Translations under genes and position numbers: made by a program
DNA from: Elsinoe ampelina
Lineage: Eukaryota
Direction of reading: 5' to 3'
Assembly (NCBI GenBank): GCA_010093995.1
Contig: ML992506.1
Location: 62,001-126,000 of the forward strand
Length of the DNA stretch: 64,000 bases
Notes under the pieces: model-generated
The model's input: only the letters and a program-made list of their open reading frames with translations
The model's database searches: none
What the model was told of the DNA's origin: nothing
Shown: in pieces, positions 47,955 to 59,582 of the stretch
Numbering within the stretch: position 1 is the first letter of the stretch
Layout of the letters: each line of letters begins with the position of its first letter

Positions 47955-49736
47955 CTATAATTTGGCCTTGATCTCCTTCTCCACGGTAGCGCTCGCATCC
48001 CGATTCAGCTCGACCTTTCCTGACTTCTCGCCCTCGCCAAAGAAAATGACCTCGACTGTCAAATCGTCCCTATATCTCCTGCTCATTGGGCTCGGCAGAG
48101 TCAACAGTGCGCTCAGCATCTCCTTGTCCTTTCCTCCCAAAGCATTCCTCACAAGATGGGTCGCGGCGTTCTTGTCCTCGACCACGAATCGTTGGCTCTC
48201 TGTCCCACTCACACCCCATTGCTGTTGTCTGACCGGTGCTCGTTGTCCACCTTCGCTGTCCTTGCTGTTTGGATCTACTTGACCCTCGATCGGAAGCACC
48301 GACTTGCTACCACCTAGCCAGGTGGGTAGCCAGCTCGAAGCAGCGCTGGTCTTCTTCACCGCCGGCGGACCATGCTTCTCCAGCCACATACCCACTAGTC
48401 CAATGACTTCCTCATTTGTGAGCATCTCCCAAAGCCCATCAGTAGCCATGACCACAAAGTCACCGTTCTCGGGGCTGATCTTCGTGGTTGTGACAATCGG
48501 TTCGGCGGTGACGTACGGCGGTGTGAGAAGATGCTTGCTGGGCCGGCGAGCAAAGAACTTCCCAAGGTTGCCTTGCATTTCGATAGTCCACTTGTATACA
48601 GCGTCACCGAAAGCACGTGACGGCTCAAGGCCACCGAGAATTCTGCCATTGGCTGTCACGTATGGCTCATTGGGGTGTTCTGCGCGCAAACGGGCAGCCT
48701 CACTCTCAGTACCGCCAGTCTGATCTATTGATAGAGGTGTAGCAGACCACTTCCCGTTGGTAGATCTACGTCCTAGCACGGCACGGCTATCACCAGTGCA
48801 GGCAACACGGAGTTCCTTGGATCGAGAATCGTAGAATGAGAGAAGTGCGCAGGATCCAGATAGAGCAGGTTGAAGTATCTGTGCCGCCAGCGGCTTTGAC
48901 TTTGCCGCAAGAACTTTCTGGGCACTCTCGTGAACAATTTCGTGATCGAGGCGATTGAAACCAGTTTTGATGGCATCATCGATAGCAGTCGCTGTTGGGA
49001 AGAGACCAGGTGCAGACTTCGCCGAGGTGTAGATGAGGTTCAACTCTCTTGCCACATACGATATCAACGCTTGTCGAAGCTTTGCTGATGTTGTCCAGCC
49101 AGAGTGTCCGTCAAACACGCCCCAGAACATCCAATCGGAGCTTGTATCACCATCTTCTGTCGCAGCCACTGATTGCGGGACATCGATGATTTTTTCGGCA
49201 TGGTCATCCTCGATAGGGTCATTGCTTGGTATCTGAACCACATCGTATCGGACAACGCCCCTGCCACGTCCTACCAGGTATGATTCCTCGTTCGTTCGCA
49301 ACTTTGCCGTGACCTGATCCTCGTTCATCATCTCGAGCACTTTTCGTCCGTGATCATCCGTCTCCTTTGAGAGGGGAGTACCTTCAGGAATGATACTGGT
49401 GTAGAGCTCGCCACGTTCGACAATGAGCGCCTTACGTACCGCTTCGGAGATCTGTGCGACAGGAGGAGCAGTAGCGCTGGGTGGAGGTGTCGCGTGCTCA
49501 AGGAGGATTGGATTGCCGGCTGACTTGTAAGCATACCATGCCGCTCCTCCAGCTACAGCAGCACCGACTACAGCTTGTGATACGCGCCGGCTCCGCATCT
49601 GTGGTGGTGATGCTGCTCGTGAGGCTACCGACCGCTGACCCAAAGCATTGCCAGAGCTTGCTAGTCTCGATTTGACTACTTTCTTCGGGATTGGTCGGCG
49701 GAGAAAGCGCAGATTCTGCACCGCTGCCCGACGCAT
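47955..49736 (-). CDS. PTC5: Mitochondrial PP2C / pyruvate dehydrogenase phosphatase
   Basis: Arg-rich presequence and TM segment, then PSNDPIED, WGVFDGHSG, TGDSRAVLG, SRAFGD, MATDGLWE and YRDDLTV. Ends AKL*. Confidence 0.93.
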   Translation of the reverse strand: MRRAAVQNLRFLRRPIPKKVVKSRLASSGNALGQRSVASRAASPPQMRSRRVSQAVVGAAVAGGAAWYAYKSAGNPILLEHATPPPSATAPPVAQISEAVRKALIVERGELYTSIIPEGTPLSKETDDHGRKVLEMMNEDQVTAKLRTNEESYLVGRGRGVVRYDVVQIPSNDPIEDDHAEKIIDVPQSVAATEDGDTSSDWMFWGVFDGHSGWTTSAKLRQALISYVARELNLIYTSAKSAPGLFPTATAIDDAIKTGFNRLDHEIVHESAQKVLAAKSKPLAAQILQPALSGSCALLSFYDSRSKELRVACTGDSRAVLGRRSTNGKWSATPLSIDQTGGTESEAARLRAEHPNEPYVTANGRILGGLEPSRAFGDAVYKWTIEMQGNLGKFFARRPSKHLLTPPYVTAEPIVTTTKISPENGDFVVMATDGLWEMLTNEEVIGLVGMWLEKHGPPAVKKTSAASSWLPTWLGGSKSVLPIEGQVDPNSKDSEGGQRAPVRQQQWGVSGTESQRFVVEDKNAATHLVRNALGGKDKEMLSALLTLPSPMSRRYRDDLTVEVIFFGEGEKSGKVELNRDASATVEKEIKAKL

Positions 49737-50182
49737 CGGGAGGGTCAATAGGATGAGGTGAGTGGTAGGTGTATGGGGAGTGATCGACTATGTTCACCAG
49801 GAACGCTGAGGTGGTTCTCAAAGGGGCCTGGAGCACGAACATGTCCATGACTCGCGCGTTTCGTGATGTCATTGGCTGCAGTTGAAGCCCTCTCGTTGCA
49901 GGCGAAAATGCACCAAAATTCACATATGCCTTTCACATATTCTCATTGTTTAGTATAATTAGAAGGAACAGCGACTTATACTGGCATTACTTTGGTTCTG
50001 AACACGGAGCAGGGTTTGGTAATCGCCTCTTTTTCGATCCCACCAATAAGTACATCTTGTACGACCACTGGGCAACTCTGACTGATCATATATCTCCGGC
50101 TTGATCCTGCTCTTACAACCTTGTCACAGACGGCTGAATGATCTTGTCATATCATCATCTCTGCATTTGATCGAGGGGCGGG

Positions 50183-52207
50183 ATGTCTTCACGAGCATTG
50201 AGAAAAGCGCAGAAGCAGCGTGAGGAGGAAGAGGCGCTCAAACGACTTCAAGAAGAAGCCGAAGATCTCGAGGAATCGGAAGAGGACGAGGTACCGATTC
50301 AACCTCAAAGGTCAGCATTTGCCTTGCTCAACGATGGCGACGACGACGATCCCGACGAGCAAGATGAAGCAGAAGATGATGCCAACGCCACTGCCGCTGC
50401 CGACGACGATGTGGAGACACCAGTAGCTCAAACCTCGTCCACTAAGCGCAAAAAGAACAAGAAGAAGAAAAAGCCAAAGCAGGCCGCAGGCAATGACCGG
50501 AGTGGCGACGAGGTCGATGATATCGACACTGCTTTGAAAGCACTTCGAGCATCTGACAAAGATACGCCCCAAAGCGCGAGCTCAGTTGAAGCAGCTGGAG
50601 TATCGCGCACTTGTCAGCTACTCTCTGTAGAAAGTTCCAACCTCCACGCGGAGAATGAGATGCGGCGGCTGTTCGGTCGGACGGCTTTGGAGCAAAATGA
50701 TCGTGAGGAGCAAGCTGGCGGACAGGGACGTCGAAGAGGGCGAAACCAGCAGATGGCCGGACTTGCAGCGGCACTTGGGAGGAGACAAGGCGCCCAAGGA
50801 GGACGATCAAGCGGGCTGGGCCTTCTGGGTCTCCGTCGTAATCTTTTCGTCCAAGGCAAAGAAGAATGGCCGATTGGGACGAGTGGTGGCTTGTCCATGG
50901 AAGTGGTGGAGAAAAGGGAAGATGGCACTGTGCTGTATCGGTTCATTCACAACAATACCTACCAGGAGGTGCAAGGTGATTTCGACGTATGTGTGCGATC
51001 GATGGACCCAGAACGTATGATTCGACTTCTCCAGCTGAATCCATATCACATTAGCACACTCCTCCAGGTTTCTGAGATCGCCAAGCAGGAAAGGGACAAC
51101 ACGACGTCTGGTGATCTTTTAGAGCGAGCATTGTTTACCTTTGGAAGGTCCGTACACAGCACATTTGCTGGCAATCTAGCTCAAGGCAAGGCTCGGCTGG
51201 ACTTTAGACGACCTGAGAACCGAGAGTTCTGGCTTGCAGTGAGTCGATACATGACGAACCTGAGCTTACGAGCTACGTGGCGGACGGTGTTTGAGTGGGC
51301 AAAGCTTCTCTTGTCCCTCGATCCAGAGCACGATCCGTATTGCTTGTATTTGGTCATGGATCAGTATGCTCTCCGGTCTCGACAGCCTCAAGCTCTTGTG
51401 GATATGGCAGCAGATGAGGTGATTGGCAAGGGATGGTCTGATCTGCCAAACATACAGTTATCGCTGGGTCTGGCACTCGTTCAATCGGGTCAAGCCGGTA
51501 AAGGCAAGCAGGCGTTGTTCAAAGCTGCCAATAGGTACCCCTGGGTTCTCGCACGACTATTCCAAGAGCTTAATGTTGATGCGCTCCCTGGTATTTGGGG
51601 CAAAACACCACGAACAGATTGGGAGAAGCTCTGCGCTGAGCTCTACAGTGTACGAGCGAAGGACATCTGGAACATTCCCGAATCCAGTAATCTTCTCGTA
51701 GAGGTCAGCGCTGCTGTCGTAGGTGGAGCAGAACCCCCAATTCCGGAACGAGCAATCACGGTTGACGAAGGTCGCCACGTGATACTTTCCGACAAGCCCG
51801 AACTCATAGCACATCTTCCAAAGGCCATATCTGGACAGCTGAAAAGTTCTTCGGACCCTCTTCCGCCTGATGACAACATCTCGAGCTACCAGATCAGGAC
51901 GTCGTCAGGGCAGAGACGGGCGATGGGCGGGGCTCCTCTGAGATCCGAAGCCGTGGACGAGCTGCGTCAACTATACGAGTCATTCAGTCAGCTTGATCCC
52001 GATCTTGTAATGCGCATGCAAGGTCTCGGTGGAGCAAATGCGGAAGGGGCTTCACAAGCAGAGATGGAGGAGCTGCTCAGGGATAGTGGCATGCGCTTGG
52101 ATGAGTTCACAAGAAGAGCTCGCAGGTTTACAGAACTGCACGAGGCTTTGATAGGCCCGCTAGCTCGAGGTCATGATGAGCTCGGCGATGATGACGAAGA
52201 TCAATAG
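50183..52207 (+). CDS. RQC1: Ribosome quality control protein Rqc1 / TCF25 family
   Basis: MSSRALRK start with acidic and polybasic N-terminus. Core motifs NPYHISTLLQVSEI, DLLERALF, RPENREFW and EWAKLLLSLDP. Confidence 0.9.
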   Translation: MSSRALRKAQKQREEEEALKRLQEEAEDLEESEEDEVPIQPQRSAFALLNDGDDDDPDEQDEAEDDANATAAADDDVETPVAQTSSTKRKKNKKKKKPKQAAGNDRSGDEVDDIDTALKALRASDKDTPQSASSVEAAGVSRTCQLLSVESSNLHAENEMRRLFGRTALEQNDREEQAGGQGRRRGRNQQMAGLAAALGRRQGAQGGRSSGLGLLGLRRNLFVQGKEEWPIGTSGGLSMEVVEKREDGTVLYRFIHNNTYQEVQGDFDVCVRSMDPERMIRLLQLNPYHISTLLQVSEIAKQERDNTTSGDLLERALFTFGRSVHSTFAGNLAQGKARLDFRRPENREFWLAVSRYMTNLSLRATWRTVFEWAKLLLSLDPEHDPYCLYLVMDQYALRSRQPQALVDMAADEVIGKGWSDLPNIQLSLGLALVQSGQAGKGKQALFKAANRYPWVLARLFQELNVDALPGIWGKTPRTDWEKLCAELYSVRAKDIWNIPESSNLLVEVSAAVVGGAEPPIPERAITVDEGRHVILSDKPELIAHLPKAISGQLKSSSDPLPPDDNISSYQIRTSSGQRRAMGGAPLRSEAVDELRQLYESFSQLDPDLVMRMQGLGGANAEGASQAEMEELLRDSGMRLDEFTRRARRFTELHEALIGPLARGHDELGDDDEDQ

Positions 52208-52410
52208 ACATATCAATGGCGTAGGAATCTCTGATTCTTAGCTGCATAAGTCACGTGAAATAGTTTGTGCTTGGCGTATATCGAACTTGCGTGAAGCTAC
52301 CTCTAGCCGGCCCAACGTCTACAATTATATTGACATTACACGACCGCCAAATCGCCGCATGCCATTGAAAAGCCGGAAACACACCCCTTATCAATAGCGA
52401 CTTGGTCGCA

Positions 52411-53215
52411 ATGATTTCGCTTCTTCTACTCGCCTTCCTGGTGCAGCTTCTAATCCACGTGGTCAACACTCTCGGCGCGACCACCATCAACGAGCTCGTA
52501 TAACACCCACTTGTTACGCGCAAGCTCTATGCTGACATGGTCTAGCTCTGGGCTCTGTACAACAAGCTTCCCACACCCACAGCCAAAGACGCCAATGATG
52601 CGACAAGACTCCGCCGCGAAGTCGTCCGATTGAAACGAGAGCTAGCAGGCATCAGCGCGCAAGATGAATTCACAAGGTGGGCGAAGCTGAGGAGGCAACA
52701 TGACAAGGCAGAGGCGGATCAAGAGAAAGCAGGTATGTACCAATACACTCGCAAGCTCCAGGCGATCCTCAAGGGCGATCTTTCGGCTATTGCGCAGGAC
52801 GCTGGAAATGTTCCCACCACCAGTATCAAGCTAACAAGCGATAGCCAACAAGGTCAAGTCTACAAGAGCGCAATTTGACACGGCTGCAAACTTCCTACGA
52901 TGGGGAGGCACAACTGGGTTGAGGTTCTTGCTGCAATTCTGGTATAGCAAGACTCCAATATTCTGGATACCGCAAGGTTGGGTACCGTACTATGCCGAAT
53001 GGGTGTTGTCATTTCCGAGGGCGCCGCTAGGCAGTGTGAGTATGCAGGTCTGGTGGATCGCTTGCGCCAGTGTCATCCTGCTGGTAGGAGAGGGGATCGG
53101 AGCGACGGTCACATTGGCGAAGAGTACCAAGGCGCAGAAACAGCAGCCGATGAAGATGCAGTCAACGGGCACTGGGGCGAGCACAGGAAAGGCAGGAGAG
53201 AAGAAGGAGTTATAG
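52411..53215 (+). CDS. GET1: GET pathway insertase subunit Get1
   Basis: N-terminal [21 protein letters not shown], and [27 protein letters not shown]. Introns 52498-52545 and 52733-52844. C-terminal KKEL. Confidence 0.93.
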
Positions 53216-53780
53216 CATTGGTCCCCTGAAGGACAGTTCATGTGCATGTCTACAGAGAATATATGATAAAGTCGGGGACGGGTATCAGGTCTGTCTCTCA
53301 GCTAATTGACGCAAAGTCTTCAATGCAATTGCTCAGACACTGCAACACGATGTGAGATGACCTTGGCAGGTCGTGGGTTTGGTATTGGCTGCGTTTTTGA
53401 TCTCGTGATGGTAGATTGAACATCGCCGAGTCTTCGATAGCGCCGTGAAGGAATGACTGAGAAGGATGATTCAGGGTACAGGGGCCCCAGGAGCTGACAC
53501 TTGAAGGACATGGTCGAGGTGGCATATCTTTCTGCGCTTGAGTGATGTCTTACCTATGGCGAACGTGGAGTCGATACCAAACTCATATTGCTGCACCCTT
53601 GTTCGCCTGGATCATGAAGGCTTCCCAACTTAAGAATCATCTCTTCGGGTGACCCAGCTAATCTGAGATAGCTTGTTAGGAGGACATTGTCAATTCCAGA
53701 GGTTGAAAATACTCATCCAGAGCGTCGAGATGGAAAAATTGGAGACCAGCTTACATAAGAATTTCGTCGGCCGCCCAGTG

Positions 53781-53854
53781 TCGCGCGCCCCTCCAGCCAG
53801 CAGCCACTTTAAAGTCGCGTGTCGCGTCAGGCACTTTTTGTTTCTCTGACGCGC
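53781..53854. promoter_or_regulatory. Cluster of MCB-like (CGCG-core) G1/S elements upstream of RNR1
   Basis: TCGCGCG (53781), tandem GTCGCGT-GTCGCGT (53814-27) and TGACGCGC (53847). Confidence 0.6.
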
Positions 53855-54078
53855 ATGGGCCTGGTCTGAAGTGCTATATCAAGCCAGCTCTTTCTCCTCT
53901 CTCCTTCCTCTTCACACAAGCAACCTCTTCTTCAGACCACTAATTAATACCTCATATATTAGAGACGATAGTCTCGTGGTCCTGACGGAACCTCCCTTTA
54001 CGACGACTACACCTCCTTCGTTCATCCCCCACTCATCAACCCTTTCCTTCCAGCTTGTCCGTCCAGACCGACCCCACC

Positions 54079-56929
54079 ATGTTCGTCTACAAGCGAGGTA
54101 CGTCCAGCTTCCTATGACAAGAGCGTTTGGGGACGTGTGTAAGAGCGAGAACAGCTCCTGCCTCGACTCTCAGCGTTCGCCTCATCCTCGTCGTCAATCC
54201 CTTCTCCAGACATAAAACTGACTTTACGCGTAGATGGACGCAAGGAACGCGTCCAGTTCGACAAGATCACAGCTCGCGTGTCGAGACTCTGTTACGGTCT
54301 TGATCCGGATCATGTCGACGCTGCTGCCATCACCATGAAGGTCATAGCCGGTGTCTACCAAGGTGTCACCACCATCCAGCTCGACGACCTCGCCGCCGAG
54401 ACCGCCGCCTACATGACCACCACCCATCCAGACTACGCCATCCTGGCTGCACGTATCGCCGTGTCGAATCTTCACAAGCAGACCAAGAAGCAATTTTCTG
54501 CCGTCATCTCAGATCTCTACCACTACATCAACCCGAAGACACGGAAGGCTGCGCCCATGATCTCCGATGAGACGTACAACACAGTCATGAAGCACAGCGA
54601 TGAGCTTAACTCGGCCATTGTCTACGACCGTGACTTCAACTACCAATACTTTGGGTTCAAGACGCTGGAGAGGTCATACTTGCTCAGGATCGATGGCAAG
54701 GTCGCAGAGAGACCTCAGCAGATGATCATGCGCGTCGCTGTCGGCATTCACGGCGACAACATCGAGGCTGCTATCGAGACATACAACTACATGTCAAACA
54801 AGTACTTCACACATGCCTCGCCGACGCTCTTTAGCGCTGGTACCCCCAATCCTCAGCTCGCCTCATGCTTCCTCATCGACATGAAGGAAGACAGCATCGA
54901 CGGTATCTACGACACCCTCAAGACATGTGCAATGATCTCGAAGAACGCTGGTGGTATCGGATTGAACGTGCACCGCATTCGTGCCACTGGCGCCTATATC
55001 GGTGGCACAAACGGTACCTCCAACGGACTTGTCCCCATGCTCCGTGTCTTCAACAACACCGCCCGCTACGTCGACCAGGGTGGCAACAAGCGACCTGGCG
55101 CCTTTGCAATCTATGTAGAGCCATGGCACGCCGACGTCTTCTCGTTCCTTGACCTCAGGAAGAACCACGGTAAGGAGGAAGTCCGCGCTCGCGACCTCTT
55201 CTACGCCCTTTGGATCCCTGATCTCTTCATGAAGCGTGTCGAGCAGAATGGTACCTGGACACTCATGTGCCCTCACGAGTGCCCGGGTCTCGCCGATGTC
55301 TATGGCGACGAATTTGAGGCTCTTTACGAGAAGTACGAGAAGGAGGGTCGTGGTCGCGACACTATCCGAGCCCAGAAGCTCTGGTACGCCATCCTCGAGG
55401 CCCAGACTGAGACTGGTAATCCCTTCATGCTCTACAAGGATGCTTGCAACCGCAAGAGCAACCAGAAGAACCTTGGTGTCATCCGCAGCTCCAACCTCTG
55501 CACTGAGATCATCGAGTACACTGCTCCTGATGAGGTCGCCGTCTGCAACCTCGCCTCGCTCGCCCTCCCCACCTACGTCGACATGGTCAACGAGTCCTTC
55601 GACTTTGAGAAGCTCCATGAAGTCACCCAGGTCGTGGTCAAGAACTTGAACAAGATCATCAACATCAACCACTACCCTGTGCCAGAGGCGAGGAAGAGCA
55701 ACTTCCGTCACCGCCCCATCGGTCTTGGTGTCCAGGGTCTTGCCGATGCTTTCCTTGCTCTCCGCATGCCTTTCGATTCTCCAGAGGCTCGTCAGCTCAA
55801 CATTCAGATCTTCGAGACCATCTACCACGCTGCCCTCACTGCCTCGTGTGATCTGGCCAAGGAGCTCGGTACCTACGAGACCTACGAGGGTTCTCCCATC
55901 TCTCAAGGTCAGCTTCAGTACGACATGTGGGGTGTGACCCCGACCGACCTTTGGGACTGGTCTTCTCTCAAGGACAAGATCGCCGAGCACGGTGTGCGCA
56001 ACTCGCTCCTCGTCGCTCCCATGCCCACTGCCTCCACCTCGCAGATCATGGGTTTCAACGAGTGCTTCGAGCCATACACCTCCAACATCTACTCTCGTCG
56101 CGTGCTGGCCGGTGAGTTCCAAGTCGTCAACCCTTGGCTCCTCAAGGATCTTGTCGACCGTGGTCTGTGGTCCGACAACATGAAGAACCGTATCATCGCC
56201 GATGGCGGTTCTATCCAGCGCATCCCCAACATCCCCGACGAGCTCAAGGCTCTCTACAAGACCGTTTGGGAGATCAGCCAGAGGCAGATTGTGCAGATGG
56301 CCGCCGATCGTGGCGCCTTCATCGATCAATCTCAGTCTCTCAACATCCACATGAAAGAGCCTACCATGGGCAAGATCACGTCCATGCACTTTGCTGGATG
56401 GAAGCTTGGTCTCAAGACTGGCATGTACTACCTTCGCACCATGGCTGCCTCGGCACCCATCCAGTTCACTGTCGATCAAGAGAAGCTCAAGGTTGTCGAC
56501 ACCAACGTGGCCCGAAACGTCAACAGGAAACGTCTCCAGGGCGGTGCTTCTCCCCGCGTCACCCCATCGACTCCTCCACCTATGTACAAGACCAACCAGG
56601 CTACAGCTCCTGCTGATGTCCCGACGCCATCGACGACGCCTCCACCTGAGCCAAAGGCTAAGCGTGTCGAGATCTCACCCAAGAAGAGCCCCATGGATGT
56701 ACCTGCATTCAAGGCTGACGTCTCAGAGGGTGACAGCCCACGCGTGATCGCTGCGGACGGCGCCAATGGTCTTCCAGACGACGAGCTTCCTGAAGCCGCT
56801 ATCAAGAAGCCCAACCAAGAAGAGGACAAGGAGAAAGACAGCAAAGACCGGGAAGGCGACATCTACGCTGAGGCCGTACTTGCGTGCAGTATCGAGAACC
56901 CAGAGTCGTGTTTGATGTGCTCTGGTTAG
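54079..56929 (+). CDS. RNR1: Ribonucleoside-diphosphate reductase large subunit (class Ia)
   Basis: [22 protein letters not shown] cone (intron 54098-54233), [35 protein letters not shown] and C-terminal CLMCSG. Confidence 0.98.
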
Positions 56930-57370
56930 AGAATCATCTGGAGACGATTCGGCGGGTTTCTGTTTTGTCTTTTTTCCAATTTGTTCATGTTTCACGGCAC
57001 ATGCTGGTACATGCATGACGATGGCGTTTTGGGAATCGATGGTATTGGTACAGCTCATAGTAGAGCTCCTTGACTTTTCACGGCAAGAGTGTATATAGTA
57101 GAGTGTTTCTCAATCAATTTCCTCAACTTCAATTCGGTCCATTGGTGATTCTCAAGAGCGACCACGCCATCTCTAACTTGTTGAACCTTTGTCTTAGCCC
57201 CGCGCCTGGGAAGGTTTGCCCCACCTTCGACTTATCAACAGGGCTCAAGGGCGTGAGGATAACGTACTTACTATCATACATCGTCCGATCAATCTTTTTC
57301 TACTCCGACTAAACCACCAAGATCGAGAGGGTACGCGAGCTGAGCGACAACTTGCGTAGTCATCGCAGAC

Positions 57371-58751
57371 ATGGCCGGACGACCAATCCCGATACCGCTC
57401 AAGAAAGGCGAGAGCAAGGATAAGATTCTCTGCATAGACGATCTCGAAAAGGCAGCGTCAGCGAAGATGGATGTCATGGCGAGAGGTGAGTCAATTTCTA
57501 TATACAGCGTGTCTTGCCTATCAATTTCTCCGTCAACGCCGCCGAATCCCCAAGGACCTTTGCCTCCGGTCAACCGACCTCGTCCCAGCACCAGCACCAG
57601 CACCAGCACCCAGCACCATCTCCTCCCACCCTCCCCACTAACGGACCCCCGAAGAATTCTTCAACTCGGGCTCCCAATCCCAACAAACCCTGGCATCCAA
57701 CACGCTCGCCTTCCAAAAATACGTCGTCCGCCCGCGCGTCCTCCGCGACGTCTCCCTCACCTCGACCGGCACCACCGTCTTCGGCGTCCCCATCAGCATG
57801 CCCCTCTGCGTCTCCCCCGCCGGCCTCCAAGCCATCGCGCACCCGGACGGCGAAATGGCCACGTCCCGCGCGTGCGCGCGGAAGGGGGTCCACATGGGGA
57901 TATCGAGTTACGCGAACCACACGGCGGCGCAGATTGCCGGGGCCGGGGAGCGGGTGGCGGCGCCCGAGGGGACGGGGAGTAAGCGCGTGATGCAGCTTTA
58001 CTCGATGAAGGACCGGGGGTTGGAGGAGAGGATCCTGCGGAACGCCGAGGCGGCGGGGTGCGTGGCTGTTTTCTTGACGGCGGATAGCCCGGTGTTGGGG
58101 GTGAGGTATAATGAGTGGCGGAATGATTTCCGGACGCCCGAGGGGTTGGGGTGGCCGATCATTGAGAAGACGAGCGAGGAGATTAGAAGGGCGAGTCATG
58201 ATGATAGTTTTGTGGCGTTTAATGATGATACGCATTGTTGGGCGAGGGAGATTGGGTGGTTGAGGGAGAGGACGAAGATGGAGATTTGGATCAAGGGGGT
58301 GTTGACGGCGGAGGATGTGGAGTTGGCGATTGAGTTCGGGGCGAATGGTGTCATCGTGAGTAATCACGGCGGGAGGCAGTTGGATGGTGTGCCTGCTACG
58401 TTGGATGTGTTGCCTGAGTGTGTGGCGGCTGCTCGGGGGAAGATACGAGTCCATGTCGATGGAGGTATTCGGAGTGGTACAGATGTGTTCAAATGTCTTG
58501 CGTTAGGAGCTGAGTGCTGCTGGGTGGGAAGACCAGCGATATGGGGCCTTGCAGTGAGTAGCGTATCCTCGGAGATGAGACCGTCCTGACAATTCCAGTA
58601 TGATGGTCAAGCTGGAGTGGACTTGATGCTCGATACCTTCCACACTGAGCTGAAGCGGTGCATGCAGCTTTGTGGTTGTACAAACGTGAAGGACATCTCC
58701 AAAGCCCATCTCGGTCTCCTGAGGTCTGATGGTCCTTTGGCTCGTTTGTAG
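57371..58751 (+). CDS. Peroxisomal FMN-dependent (S)-2-hydroxy-acid oxidase
   Basis: RPRVLRDV, QLY, LTADSP, WIKGVL, VSNHGGRQLD, DGGIRSGTDVFK and VGRP. Introns 57486-57654 (AAG acceptor) and 58554-58598. Ends ARL* (PTS1). Confidence 0.92.
57585..57617. repeat. Intronic hexamer microsatellite (CCAGCA)n
   Basis: Four perfect CCAGCA units plus one offset unit in intron 1 of the hydroxy-acid oxidase gene. Confidence 0.85.
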
Positions 58752-58847
58752 TGTCCAATGTGGAGACGCAGAGCCTGCATCCATCGACTTCTACCAGACC
58801 GTCCGAGGGCGGAGTAAAGATCGTGCCAAGCAGCATACCGAAGATAT

Positions 58848-59582
58848 TCAAAATCCAAGAAACTTGCCCATCCTCATCTTGACACCTTCCAGAGTATTGA
58901 TCTTCGGCCGTACATCCAAATAGAAATTCAAGCTCTTCCCCGGCTTGCCCTCATCTTTCCCGCTGTAGAAGTCGATGACATAATCAATCTTCTGTCCGCA
59001 TCTGTCCACAACCCAATCATGCCTATCGAAAGGCGCCGTGTATCCCAGTATCGTGTTCCACCTCGCCCTCGGTGTCAAAGCAGTACTCTGCCCACTGAAG
59101 CTCACCAGCTTTGGGCCGCCGCATTTCTCTGAGCCTCTCCCAGCTTCCCATCCTTTGATCTCGGCCCATGCTCGCTCGTTGACCGCGTTGTGGATGGGGA
59201 CAATCGATCGCATATCTTCCGCTTTTGGATCGTAGGACTTGCGCTTCATGGCGTCGAAGAACATTTGCTCCGAAGGGTAGATCCAGTTCCCGGAAGTGGA
59301 CGGAGCGGATTCATTCTCGTTGTTGGCTGGCCGGTCTGATGTCGAGCCTGTTAGGACGCGAGGAATGGTCGAGACTTCCCGCGACTGGTCCAGGGAGAAA
59401 TGGGTTGCTGTTCGAGGTACTGACACCGGAGTGGCTGCCGCGAGCTGGGAGGAGTCGCAGCTTTTGCCTACTGCTGGCGGGTTCTGGTCAGGTTGCTGAG
59501 CGCGTGCCTTGTCGAGCCATGCCTGTCGAGTCTTGTGGTCGACCGGACAAGCCTCTGCACCGGAGCTCGCTGCAGATGACAT
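58848..59582 (-). CDS. CYT2: Holocytochrome c-type synthase, cytochrome c1 heme lyase type
   Basis: CPV heme motif (CPVDHKTRQAWL), REVSTIPR, NWIYPSEQMFF, IHNAVNERAW, PFDRHDWVVDRCG, YVIDFY and YLDVRP. It lacks the MGWFW start typical of Cyc3. Confidence 0.85.
   Translation of the reverse strand: MSSAASSGAEACPVDHKTRQAWLDKARAQQPDQNPPAVGKSCDSSQLAAATPVSVPRTATHFSLDQSREVSTIPRVLTGSTSDRPANNENESAPSTSGNWIYPSEQMFFDAMKRKSYDPKAEDMRSIVPIHNAVNERAWAEIKGWEAGRGSEKCGGPKLVSFSGQSTALTPRARWNTILGYTAPFDRHDWVVDRCGQKIDYVIDFYSGKDEGKPGKSLNFYLDVRPKINTLEGVKMRMGKFLGF

Noticed and set aside
54863..56479. 538-aa antisense ORF inside RNR1
   Set aside because: A shadow ORF expected from strong C-ending codon bias in a highly expressed gene; it has no motif.
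54079..56929. Possible intein or homing endonuclease in RNR1
   Set aside because: Length and motif spacing are ordinary, with no insertion or LAGLIDADG motif. The only extra sequence is a low-complexity C-terminal linker.
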